DNA of 28,758 nucleotides from a virus: UHGV virus genome UHGV-0099614; one strand, 5' to 3'. Shown piece by piece: positions 28,570 to 28,758 of this stretch (position 1 is its first letter; each line of letters starts with the position of its first letter). The notes under the pieces were generated by a model. It saw only the letters and a program-made list of their open reading frames with translations, ran no database searches and was not told where the DNA came from. The position numbers and the translations under genes were made by a program.

Positions 28570-28758
28570 AATCACCTCATTTTTCGCTTAAGTGTAAAAA
28601 AATAGCGGCAAAATTTCAGCTATGAGATGAGCTAAAGTGAACCATATCTCAATTCACCTTCATTTTTAGATGTAAATCACTCCATTGATGCAATTTACCT
28701 CATGTGAAAGGCAAATTTTATCGTTTGTCAGCCTGCGTTGTTTTTTTGTCCAATATCA

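Overview
This window appears to be an enterobacterial (E. coli/Shigella-like) chromosomal segment: fadL 3' end, an AT-rich yfdF-like gene, mlaA, yfdC and tRNA-Arg (argW), then a roughly 23.6 kb composite integrated element, then dsdC. The element is bounded by a 24-bp direct repeat of the tRNA 3' end (3965..3988 and 27516..27539). From left to right it contains: (1) a P4-type integrase and a gtrA-gtrB-gtr(type) O-antigen glucosylation cluster; (2) a decayed P22-like prophage remnant with tailspike, orphan Mnt, tail needle, gene 10, an inserted HNH homing endonuclease, a truncated lysis cassette, a helicase fragment, and a lambda-like cII-cro-cI immunity region with recognisable operators; (3) a second, satellite-like module starting with an integrase C-terminal fragment and carrying AlpA and a HUH Rep-like protein; (4) an AT-rich two-gene cargo operon (109 aa + 1094 aa, minus strand) with no family I can recognise, followed by a serine recombinase beside attR. 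The cargo operon is my main candidate for an undescribed system, most plausibly anti-phage defence. All identifications come from reading the translations and recalling known families and synteny; no searches were run, and every percent-identity or domain call needs confirmation.
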